Shown here piece after piece: positions 1-10,209 of a DNA stretch of 64,000 bases. Source of the DNA: Psammoneis japonica (taxonomy: Eukaryota). Every line of letters begins with the position of its first letter. Positions within the stretch are counted from its first letter, which is position 1. Under the pieces are notes generated by a model. It saw nothing but the letters and a program-made list of their open reading frames with translations. It did not search any database and was not told where the DNA came from. The position numbers and the translations under genes are program-made. Where the stretch lies: positions 1 to 64,000 of the forward strand of contig QPGO01000004.1 in the NCBI GenBank assembly GCA_008632985.1, in the 5' to 3' direction.

Positions 1-2285
1 AGTCCGGCAGTCGGTCTGGTTGTCTGTCTGAATTTGAAAGTGTGTCCCTTGGATTTTGGAATGGCACATGGGTTGTTTGGCATGAGTGAACTCATTTTCT
101 GTTGGCGATCATTGACATTTTAATTGCCGCACAATTTTGCTGCGGAGCTCGCACGTAGAAGTCTACAGGCCCAATGTCACACGGATTCCCACCTGCGTCT
201 GGAACGCATCTGGAGACTTCCCCCAATGCGATCCCCAATGCATCATAAAATGCAGTGCAGCTGTTTCTCCCACACAATTTTTTTGTTGCCAAGCGGCTGT
301 CGACAATGGCCCCAACAAGTCAGAACCAGCCACAACAGAGAAAAGGGTTGCATGCATGGCACTGGTTCCAGATCTGTTAGAAAGAAAGACAGAGCAACTG
401 CTCAGAAAGCAAAAAAAGATGCAAGGTCAACAGCAGAACCCAAAACAAAAGGAAAAAAATGATGAGCCACCTCTGAATGATGCCGCCAACATGCATGTCA
501 TTGACGCTGTTCAAAAAGACACTGCACAAAAACATCCAGAGGACAAAGAAAGTCATCACCAGTGCAAAACAACTGATTTGAACAAGTCTGCAATGTTGGG
601 AAAGCGCGCTGATTGTGAGTCCAAAATGCTTCAAAACCTTGCACAAATCTTTGGAGCAGATTCTGCCGGCTTGACAACAAGGTCAATTTGTTCAATTGCT
701 TGCCAACTGACAGCATGCTTTTTCTAACTTCTCATGTGTTGATGGCATCAAAGCAAGCGCCATTGGGTGCAGTGCATTTGTGGATGAAGGCGGTGCTGTG
801 GTCGTGAAAGGAAGAAAAAACACTTGCGTCACAACGGAGAACATGAAAAGTCAAAACAACAGGAATGGTTTGCACTTGCCAAACAACACACTGTTCCAAG
901 GGAGACATTCTTGAACATCATTGGAGGCATCACAACAGCAACTGGGAATGCTGGATTGGTGGACAAAAGGGGTGCTGCAGCCGGGAAAGGTCACCAGATT
1001 TGGAAGCAGCAGCAACAAGATTTGCCCGGATGTTGAATTTTCGAGGAGCAGCAACATGAAGTGTGCAAGGCTTGGAGACAAAGCCACTGTTCAGAAGAAA
1101 ATGAAGCTGCAAACAAATTCACAAAGAACCAACAGAGCCAGAAGCCCACTGCAGAACAAAAGAGAAAGGCAGAAGAAAAATGTCAGTGACAAAGGATGAC
1201 AACAAGGTAAAAAGAGACTGGTTTGCATTGCCAACGCACCAATGAAGAGTCACAAGTCATTGGCATGCCAGCATTTGGCTTGCCGCCAGCAAAAAAAAAG
1301 GACTTTTGGTTTAAAAAAAATGGGTGGGGGGCCCTGCTGCAATGCTCTGCCCACTGAGACATGACAAACCCTCAGATGATGGCAATTTTGCTTTGCCCAG
1401 CTGTGCACACTGAGTTTGCTGCCTGAAGAGCCAGGGGTGTGTGTGTGTGTGGGGGGGGGGGGGGTGACCGGCTTGCCATGGGCGCATGGTGAGCTCAGAT
1501 TCACGAGGATGCCATGAGCCAAGACTGTGCATGGCCTCTTGCACGTGGCAGCACAGCATTGCCAACACACACCTGGGAAGCACAGCCACAGGAGGGCATG
1601 GCTCCATGTCTCAGACAATCTAGAAGGATGCTAAGAGAGCACCCGTGAAAAGCACTCTAACCTGTTGTCTGGCCCACAACAGCAGTGTGATTCCACACGA
1701 TGACATCTCTCGCACACAGCGCGTGATGGTGTGATTCACACGATCCATGATGCAAGCGCATGATCGATTGGCACAATCCAAAATGCAAACAAACAGGAAT
1801 TTGGCAAGATTCCCTGTTCACATGATTCCATTTCTCTGCACATGAACCAGCTCACAATTGACACATCTGCATTTTTCGTCGCCCGCTGCATGCGCACAGG
1901 GGGCACAGCAAGTCTCAATCCAGGGGGTCGCAAGTTGCTTGGTTGCTCAACTTTTTTGCCAAAGCTGAGACTTTCTTGTCCCACAGCCAGGGCATGGGCC
2001 AAGTCATTGGTGTGGCACACAGGAGGAGATGGGACCATGTGGTTGCTGTTCTCTGCATTGCCACATCTTGGGGGGGGGGGACAATTTGCGCAGGGTTGTT
2101 CAGCCAGAATCTTCCAACATTCAAGGTTTCCATTGATGGTGACAAAATCCCACATCTCATTTTCTTTGCTGAAAGCATCGGAAGGTTTGGACTCGATTCA
2201 TCGTTGTGCGTTTGCGTTGCTTGTGACGAGACTGCCATTGAAATTCTTTTTCGAGGGTTGGCACATTGGCACGCGTTGAGTGTGT
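1..2285. mobile_element. Degenerate repeat/TE relic block (family not identifiable)
   Basis: TpA nearly absent, CpG low, CA/TG rich; only spurious Cys/His/Gln-rich ORFs; same composition as identified TE relics elsewhere in the window. Confidence 0.55.
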
Positions 2286-2703
2286 GCTGCTATGGGTGGG
2301 GACGCCGTAGAAATCACGTAGATGCTATTTTTTTAGAAAAATCAACCTCTTTGCCCAGATGGACCATGGCGGTCGTCGACGTCGTGACAAAAAAAAAGTG
2401 TCATCATCACGATTCATAAGACTCAACGTGCGGTCACAACGCGCAAGGCCGGGCTTCCAACTCCCGCCACACAGCGCCACAGCCTTCGCTAAGCGACAAC
2501 CAAATCAACCTACAATTTCTCACCAAATGGCTTTCGTACCCTCAGGATCATTATAAAAAGTTGTACTTTTGTTACCATAGTGTCCGCCGTCATCGAATTA
2601 GGCGGGGTGGTCAGAAGTACAACTTTTGACGGCAATCTCATCGAGTATTTTTGAAGTTTCCACGATCACCCACATGTCGCGTCCGAGTTTGGTGTAGGAG
2701 ACA

Positions 2704-2860
2704 ATGGCGCCTTTTGTAACTTTCAGTGTGGGTGGTATGGAGTATCAGACGTCTCCGATGGAGTGCTTGGATACATTGAAGCAAAGAACGGTGAGCCCTT
2801 TCTCAAGATTGGCGTTGGAGTGCTGGAAAAAGGAAGCGCTACGAATGCGATTCTTCTGAG
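2704..2860 (+). pseudogene. BTB/POZ (KCTD-like) gene fragment inside the TIR element
   Basis: Manual translation MAPFVTFSVGGMEYQTS...FSRLALECWKK resembles the VxFNVGGxxY...LARL start of BTB/T1 domains; then stops. Confidence 0.45.
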
Positions 2861-4287
2861 GATTATAAATTCAATTCTCCGTATGCTGTTGCAGAAGAGC
2901 CAATCTGGACCATAGAGCAGGCGGGCAGTTCTGTATTAATGCGTCTGGACAAAATGACGATCAACTGGAGGAAGTTTATGCGGACGAAGGCTACTGTCAC
3001 CGACATTATCTTGGTGTTCAAGAACCTATTCACCACAGAGCAGAGCGATGGGCTGGGAATGAAATGAGCATACCCAGTGACCTCAAACCGTCACCGTCAT
3101 TGGAGGAAATCTAAGATATTATTGATGCTGATAATATAGTGGTAAGGAGACGATGCAACTAATCTGAAAAGTGTGCCACCTTTCAGCTCACCACCGTCTC
3201 CGCATTACCGCTCTCGACTCAAATGCAGATTTCAAGATGATAAAGACGCGAGATTGGCCGAGGAACTTAGTGATATCTTGTCTGACTTGCTGGAGCTCGA
3301 CTACTGGTCAAAGGAAACATTGAGCACTGTAGTTGATGTGCTCACTTCAGCAAATAGTACCGATATCGGGCTCTCCAGGTGTGTAGAGCTTTGAATGGGC
3401 TTGTGCGAAGTTTATGTTTGACAGTGTGCCTTGATTGACTACCAATATTATTTCTAACCTCAGGTGATCTCAATATCTCTAGTAATGCCAATGAGGGGTA
3501 TCCCGTTTATCTACCGGAAAGAGATGATGCTACCTTCTGGATAGACAAACTGGGTGACAGAAGTTTTCCCAATGTTTAAAAGCTTTGGAACAGATTTAGT
3601 ATGCCCATCTGGAAATGCCCTAAAATTAGAATGCTACGGTAAGACTAGGGCCTACTCGTACCACCAACAAAAATACAGAACAAGCAGCTGGTAAATTCAA
3701 AATTGGAGATTCTTCTGCTTAGTGTAATTAGTACGGTATGGTCGGTAGACTACAGAGTACTAGTCTCGCTAGTAGGTACTACTCTACTCAGCGATCGAGA
3801 GAAGGAGGAAGGAGAAGAATGGTTTTTGAATTTGGTACTCTATCTCTACTGTACTGTAGAGTAGTAGTGTAGTAGGAACTACCGTACCACTCTGTGGCCG
3901 GCTCGGATTGGAAAGAGCAATCTTTCGGAGCAAAACGTGGAAGACTTGAATGAAGAGCAAATCCTCCATTTGTTTGTAAAGGTTTATGTGCAGACGTACC
4001 TTGAAGAGAAGCGTGAGGCAAATAAAAAGTCTGCTACATTCATTTGACACGCCAATGCAGTCGCCCGTGGCTTTCTTGGCGAAAAGCAAGGAAAACGCAA
4101 CAGCCGATGTCGCGGAGAGACCAGGAGGAGGATTCAGACTTTGAAATTGAAGAGGATGAATGGGAAGAGTCAGACTATTACTCTAGGCAGTATTGTAGAA
4201 AGGAGAAAGACTGTATAGAGTCGAATATGTTTGTAAATGGGACTTAGTATCCGCAAAATAGGCGTGTAATTTGTGCTCGGCAGATTT

Positions 4288-4720
4288 TTACACGGTGAAG
4301 TACGGCGAAAGAGAGAAAGATACTATTGATCGTTCTCTGCAACTGGAGAGACAGCTGAAGTGGTAGATACATTATTAGAGACGTGATTGATTCTACTTTT
4401 GATATCGGTCACTTTTGGTATCATAATAGCCGCAATATCATTCCAAAACTACAAACGAGACATCAAGGATTTTCAGTCGTGATTACACGGTGAAGTACGG
4501 CAAAAGCAACAAAAGTACTATTTCACGTTCTTTCCAACTACGGAGTCAGGTGACTTGGTAGATACATTATTAGAGACGCAAGAGCCTCTACTTTTGACAT
4601 TGGCCAGTATTGACGTCATAAAAGCTGCACTAACATTCCAAAACTACAAACAAGTAACGGTAGGATTTTCGAAAAATCGAAATATTTTCAGTCGTGATTA
4701 CACGGCAAAGTACGGGAAAA
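4288..4720. repeat. Subterminal tandem repeat, ~195-215 bp unit, 2 full copies plus a partial third
   Basis: ttacacgg...aagtacgg recurs at 4288, 4483 and 4698; shared blocks tggtagatacattattagagacg and ttccaaaactacaaac. Confidence 0.85.
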
Positions 4721-5078
4721 TGGCGGTCACTTCATCGCCATCAATGTCGACGAATACAAGGCCAATGAAAAAGTTACCCCCCATTCTAAGCACCTCTGAA
4801 CACCCTCTATCGACTAAGGTAACTCTCGTTTCGATCCAAGGAAATTCGTTTCTACGTGATTTCTACGGCGTCCCCTCCCATAGCTGCCGACTGTTGCGAC
4901 TGATTATTGATGGATGGACAGACTGACTTAGAGAAACATGGTGCGTGACGTGATAATACCAAGGAAACCGTAGAACCTACGCCAGAGCAAAAACGCATGC
5001 AAAGTTCTGCATGAAAGATGCAGATGGGCTTCGCACTGTCAATGATGCTCTCGCTGCTTGTTTCACGAATAACGCACA

Positions 5079-6974
5079 ATGAGTCGTTACCACAGCGGAC
5101 CACCGACCATGGCAGAAGATGATGGCGACGACATGTGTGACAGACGTGGCAAGAAGGACAAACGAACTGTTGAAGAAGCAGTGATGGATCAAGCGGCTCA
5201 AGATCATCAAGCTCGCAGATGGCAGAGAAAGCTTCGTCAACAGCAGCTTCGTCAAGAACGATCTCATCCCCAACTAGTAGATGTGTCGGACCTAGAAGAG
5301 AGTATTGATGTGCCAGTCTCTGCCATGTCTGGTGCTTTTGCAGTCTATGATGAAGGGGACGTTCGACGACGTGGGCGAAACGATGACTTGACTGTCGTTT
5401 CTGGTGTGGAGTCTGATCAATTGGATTCTGTCATGCCACCGCCAGAGCAAAACGACAGCACTCTACATGTTGAGGACGCTCAACCAACAGGCGATTTCGT
5501 TGGTCGTTTTCGACAAGGTGAAATCAGTCGAATGGTTCAGGAGGAGAATGCTCGCCTTCAACAATCCCTTGCCCATGCTGAGGTTGCTCAAGCTGTCCCG
5601 GTATCCACGAACGACAATGATCAAAACGATGAGGAAAGGATAGAAGAAAAGAGAGAAAGACGGAAACGCTATCTTATTTATGGAATTGTAATGCTGGTGA
5701 TTGTTCTGGTTGCAGCAGTCGCGATTGGAGTTCCAGTTGCAATCATGAGCAACAACAAGAATGACACTCCTGCTCCCACTCCATCTCCGACTAGCTCTAT
5801 CGTTCCTCTCCCGAATACGCTGTGGCGACCCGTTGGTCAAGTTTTGAATGGGAGAGACTCGTTTGATTTCTTTGGGGAATCTGTAGCCTTATCGCACGAT
5901 GGCGGTGTTGTGGCTGTTGGGGCAGAGCAAGCTTCGGACCCAGGGTACGTTGCCGTGTTTCGATTGGATCGATCTAGACAAGAGTGGGCACAAATAGGTG
6001 AAGACTTGGTTGGAGAAGCTGATGGTGACGAATTTGGTGAATCGGTGGCATTGAATGGAGATGGCAATATAGTTGCGATTGGAGCTGACAACAATGGCAG
6101 CGGCGGGACAGGTTCTGGTCATGTTCGTGTTTACGGATACAACAACGCCTTCGACACTTGGACCCAAATAGGCAATGGCATTGATGGACTAGCAGCTGGC
6201 GATAGATTTGGCGCCTCTGTATCTCTTTCAGACTCGGGAACCATTCTTGCCGTTGGGGCTTCTGGTGAAGACACGGACGGTGGCGACAATTCTGGATCGG
6301 TTCGTATATTCAAATACGACGCAGGGTCATGGGAGCAACTCGGACAGGCACTCACCGGCCAATCTGTTAATGATCAAGTCGGCGTATCAGTTTCTTTGAG
6401 CAGCTCGGGGACAATAATTTGTGTTGGATCAAGTGGAAATGATGTGTCGGTGTACGAATACAATTCTGAATCGTCATTGTGGGATCCAAAAGGTAACTCA
6501 GCGAACGGAAGAATCAGTATCGATTCGTATGGGTCTGCTGTTTCTCTTGATGACAGCGGTTCCGTTATGGCCGTGGGATCACCTTTTAGCGGCGAAAGGG
6601 TGTTAATCTTTGCTTACGATCGTGCATCTTTGACGTGGAAACAAAGAGGTCAAACTCTAGAGACGCAACAGGAGGGCGATGCCTTTGGCTCTTCAGTGGC
6701 TTTGAGCGGAAACGGGCATGTCGTGGCAGTAGGAAGTTTTCGGTACAATATCAAAACTCGAGAAGACGTGGGCCAAGTTTCAGTCTTTCAGTTTGACACA
6801 AGCACAGAGAGCTGGGTTGAGGTGGGCAAACGATTAAATGGTGCCTCTAGGCGTGATACTTTTGGAAATTCCGTATCATTGTCTGTCGACGGCAGTGTGC
6901 TTGGAGTGGGAGCAAGGAATCGCGATCTAAACGGCGACGACAAAGGGTCCGCATATATTTTCACCGTCTTGTAG
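5079..6974 (+). CDS. Single-pass membrane protein with C-terminal FG-GAP-like beta-propeller
   Basis: 631-aa ORF (start may be the Met at 5109); TM YLIYGIVMLVIVLVAAVAIGVPVAI after a basic cluster; P/T stalk; ~7 repeats FGxSVxLSxDGxxxAVGA. Confidence 0.9.
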   Translation: MSRYHSGPPTMAEDDGDDMCDRRGKKDKRTVEEAVMDQAAQDHQARRWQRKLRQQQLRQERSHPQLVDVSDLEESIDVPVSAMSGAFAVYDEGDVRRRGRNDDLTVVSGVESDQLDSVMPPPEQNDSTLHVEDAQPTGDFVGRFRQGEISRMVQEENARLQQSLAHAEVAQAVPVSTNDNDQNDEERIEEKRERRKRYLIYGIVMLVIVLVAAVAIGVPVAIMSNNKNDTPAPTPSPTSSIVPLPNTLWRPVGQVLNGRDSFDFFGESVALSHDGGVVAVGAEQASDPGYVAVFRLDRSRQEWAQIGEDLVGEADGDEFGESVALNGDGNIVAIGADNNGSGGTGSGHVRVYGYNNAFDTWTQIGNGIDGLAAGDRFGASVSLSDSGTILAVGASGEDTDGGDNSGSVRIFKYDAGSWEQLGQALTGQSVNDQVGVSVSLSSSGTIICVGSSGNDVSVYEYNSESSLWDPKGNSANGRISIDSYGSAVSLDDSGSVMAVGSPFSGERVLIFAYDRASLTWKQRGQTLETQQEGDAFGSSVALSGNGHVVAVGSFRYNIKTREDVGQVSVFQFDTSTESWVEVGKRLNGASRRDTFGNSVSLSVDGSVLGVGARNRDLNGDDKGSAYIFTVL

Positions 6975-7489
6975 ATGCCTGTACCGTAAGGCAACACCAT
7001 ACAGTATGGCTTGGGTGCTGACAAGGACTTCGCGTCAGGTTTGTTGACGTCACGCGCTTGTTGCAAAAACAAAGTAACAAGGATATACAATTGCCGAACG
7101 GCAGCAAGCAGCAAAACAATAAACGTATCTTTTGGTGTCAAGCAACTGGACAAACTGTTGAAGTCGGACCAGACAAGGATGCCGCAACCTTGTACCGGCT
7201 CGTGCTGGATCCGACAAGTGAGAAACCCGTTCTCGCATTTGCTTGTCGCTCCAGAGAGAATATCTGTACTCCATAGAATCGAAATAGTAATGGACGGAAC
7301 AAATAGCTACAATACAATAGTAGCAAGTGCCTCGACTGACAAGAACTGCATTTCATCCTCGTGGATTCGAGCGTGCTTCCTATCTTGGGAGTCCAACAGT
7401 CAAGACGATCGCACGGTATCTTCACAGGTATGATGGCCGATCTCGAGCAGAGTGCGCGCTCTCTCCATTTTCATCCCATACACTCTCGC

Positions 7490-8368
7490 CTATGGCCACG
7501 TGACAATGACGGTGATATTGTCAAAACTTCCACGAATCAACGCCTCCTTACAAAGTTTGTGAGCAATCTCGTCTTTATCCATACCCTGAGCTTTCCAATT
7601 CCACACCAAATTGACAGCTTCTTGATCCTGCAAGACATCCCACAGTCCATCACAGGCAATAATCAAAAAGTCACTCTCGTCCTCTTCCCAGTCCCTCTGG
7701 GTATACGACACGAACGGCTTGGCAATGACAAATTTCTTCAATCCGTAGTCCCCCAAACTCCTCGCCACAGCCAGCACTCCCAAGACTCGTCCCTTCAATA
7801 CAAAACCACCCGCTTGCTCAATTCGTTTGACTTCATCCGTGTCGTCGGCACGGTGATCGTGTGTCAAGCGTTTGGCTCGGCCCGCACAACTCCCATACGT
7901 TATACGTGCGTCTCCGGCATTGGCGGAGTGAATGGCGGTGCACACAAATCTGGACTGCTCCTCATTCAGCTCGTATTCTAACAAACACAAGGCGACTGTT
8001 GCACCCGACGTTTCTATTCCAGCCTTGACATGACTGCAAATGTCGGTCAGCAAAAAACTGCGTTCGAGTTTTTCCTTCATGCTACTGTCATCATCATCGA
8101 CAGACAATTCTTGCTTGACGACGTGATGAAGGGTCGCGTGCAGGTAATCACAAATTTCACGTCCCCCGTGGCCGTCGTAAACTGCCAAGAGACTGTACTT
8201 TTTCGTAATGCCATTCTTATCCACAATCGTTACCAAGTCGGGTTGAATCATGTAGGCGTCCTCCATGGTGGAACGTTTGGTTGGATTCATTTCTTCTGCA
8301 ACCCCATACATCAACTCGGGCAGTGACGGCATTGACATTACTTCTGAAGACGTCGGAGATGACGACAT
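7490..8368 (-). CDS. Protein phosphatase 2C (PPM family)
   Basis: Motifs RSTMEDA, VYDGHGG, SGAT, ANAGDAR, DHRA, GVLAVARSLGD, IIACDGLWD, GSFDNITV; first in-frame ATG at 8368. Confidence 0.95.
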   Translation of the reverse strand: MSSSPTSSEVMSMPSLPELMYGVAEEMNPTKRSTMEDAYMIQPDLVTIVDKNGITKKYSLLAVYDGHGGREICDYLHATLHHVVKQELSVDDDDSSMKEKLERSFLLTDICSHVKAGIETSGATVALCLLEYELNEEQSRFVCTAIHSANAGDARITYGSCAGRAKRLTHDHRADDTDEVKRIEQAGGFVLKGRVLGVLAVARSLGDYGLKKFVIAKPFVSYTQRDWEEDESDFLIIACDGLWDVLQDQEAVNLVWNWKAQGMDKDEIAHKLCKEALIRGSFDNITVIVTWP

Positions 8369-8591
8369 TGATGATGACACAAGAATTATGACCGATTGAC
8401 TCAAGATGCTGATGAGGGTCGAAGGAGAGGAGATGGTATTTGTTTGGTACAGTAGAGCGACAGCAGCGGCGGTTTGTCTTTGTTGTTGTCTCTCGCTCTC
8501 TCTTCATCGTTTTTGGTGCGCTTCGAGGGTGGCGCGTCGCGGCGCGCGATTGGCGAAGATTCAAAAATTGCAACAATGACTGGGACATCTA

Positions 8592-8753
8592 TGCAGTGTC
8601 TCGCACCTTATTTTTCTGATATATAGTATTAATGAACCTATTAGATATAACGGAAGCCGTTGTAACGGGCGTCGCTGAAAGCGACCCTCGTTACCTCGGT
8701 CTTTCGCTCACAATTTTGTTATCACTGAAGTCTTTATCTCGTTAGACCTTGCA
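8592..8753 (+). repeat. 5' LTR
   Basis: Aligns without gaps to 13719-13880 with 19 substitutions. Confidence 0.97.
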
Positions 8754-8782
8754 CTGTAATTACAGTCGATTCAAAGAACTGA

Positions 8783-8998
8783 ATGGAGACTAGGAACAAT
8801 ACAAACAAATTAACTAAACGTGAGAAAAGAGAACTACGCACAAGAGCAGCAGTTTGGGCTGTTGAGCACCAGAAACAAGCACAACAACGTAAACGACACG
8901 AACAGAATTTGGCGAGCCGAGTGCATCATTTGGAGTCAAAGGTAGAGTCCCTGGAGAGGACTATTGAACAATTGTATTCCCTTTTTCATGATGAGTGA
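8783..8998 (+). CDS. Small coiled-coil ORF upstream of gag, inside the element
   Basis: 71-aa ORF with heptad-like C-terminus; overlaps the likely gag ATG (8988/8991). Confidence 0.4.
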   Translation: METRNNTNKLTKREKRELRTRAAVWAVEHQKQAQQRKRHEQNLASRVHHLESKVESLERTIEQLYSLFHDE

Positions 8999-10209
8999 AT
9001 CGTTGAAGGAGCCTTGCATTGGCCATGAAGCCAAATTTGAGCATTCTGACTTGGAGGAAGTGAAATTTGACCCAATCGCATGATGACGGTAGCACTCGTA
9101 CAAAAAAGTGTCCGCGTTTTGATGGCACTCATGGCATTGAAGCATTGTCATTCGTTGAGGATCGTTTTCGTAAAATTGCTGTGAAATTGGAGTGCACCAC
9201 TGGCGAGGAGTTGTTCGAAAATTTCGAGGAAGTGCTTGCGGATGCTGCAGAGGACAAGTGGGCGAACTTGACCAATGCAATTGACGATGCCGATAAAACT
9301 GTCGAGCGTTTTGATCAGGAAATCAATCGTTTTTACTTGTCTTATTGTGACAATGAAGCGCGTGATGCGATGATTGAACATTTGCCAACTTTGAAAAAAC
9401 CATTCAAATCTGAAGTGCAGGCGCATGCAGATCGCATGGAAACCTTGATTCGGTGCTCCAACAAACTTCCAGGAAACACTCCTCAAGTCAACGAAGCTCA
9501 GAAGAAAAAGATGATGTTCGACAGCTTTCCTCGTCCGTGGCGTGAGATGTGTGCTCGAGCAGGACGAGCGACAGCAAACGACACTCTCGCTGAGATCATC
9601 AGTTGCATGAACAACGAGAAATCTTTTGCTGATGAGAGCAGCAACAAGAAGCAGGACAAGAAGAGGAAAAGCAACAGTGCTTCGTCTCAAGCTTCAAGAC
9701 GCTCTCGTGGCAACAGTGGTGGAATGGATCCAGAATCTAGATGCCCGGTGCATGCGAATCACGACCACAAGTGGAAGGATTGCATTTTGAATCCAGAAAG
9801 CCAAAACTGTCGACCGAGGTCCGACCGTGGCGGTCGTAGCGGAGGTTGTGGTGGAGGCCGAGGAAACTGCCAAGGTGGAGGACCCCAAGGTCAAGGCGGT
9901 CGTGGCAACTTCCAAGGTCGAGGACGTGGCAATTGTGGCAATCAAGGAGGACATGGAGGCCGAGGTTACGGCGGTTGCAATGACTCCCAGAATTCTCAAG
10001 GGAATGGATCCCACCACCAAAATCAAAACGGCACCCAAGCCAACGGTGACACCCAAGGCTGTGGAAATCCGGCTGGAGCAGCTCCTCCTGGTGGTTGGCA
10101 AATGGAGTCGCACCATTTTGATCAAGGAGGGCCTCGTGAGATGCGAGGTGGAAATGGATGCGATCAGAACGGTCGCACCCATCAAGGCCAACGAAGTTGG
10201 CGTAATTGA
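8991..10209 (+). pseudogene. gag: gag (frameshift near 9065)
   Basis: CPVHxxxxHxWxxC zinc-knuckle-like motif, RGG-rich tail, position upstream of the protease. Confidence 0.8.

Larger units (their letters stand above)
2291..4882. mobile_element. Non-autonomous TIR DNA element with 32-bp TIRs and 5-bp TSD
   Basis: Left TIR tatgggtggggacgccgtagaaatcacgtaga (2291-2322) matches the reverse complement of 4851-4882 with 1 mismatch; direct repeat GCTGC at 2286-2290 and 4883-4887; no transposase recognised. Confidence 0.8.

Noticed and set aside
1436..1464. (GT)n and poly-G tracts (also ~17004-17024 and ~47378-47394) as functional elements
   Set aside because: Simple repeats inside TE relics, with no evidence of function.
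4288..4720. CRISPR array
   Set aside because: The unit is ~195 bp with homologous spacers, there are no cas genes, and the context is eukaryotic.
7011..7981. Plus-strand ORFs 7011-7433 and 7361-7981
   Set aside because: The second is antisense to PP2C; the first has no domain and no ATG start.
8592..8753. Classical fungal RIP (CA/TG to TA) acting on the 5' LTR
   Set aside because: The LTR pair alone is direction-ambiguous. However, conserved Tyr read Cys/His in Pol, the 5' LTR keeps many CA/TG, the 3' LTR has no TA, and repeats are TpA-poor rather than TpA-rich.
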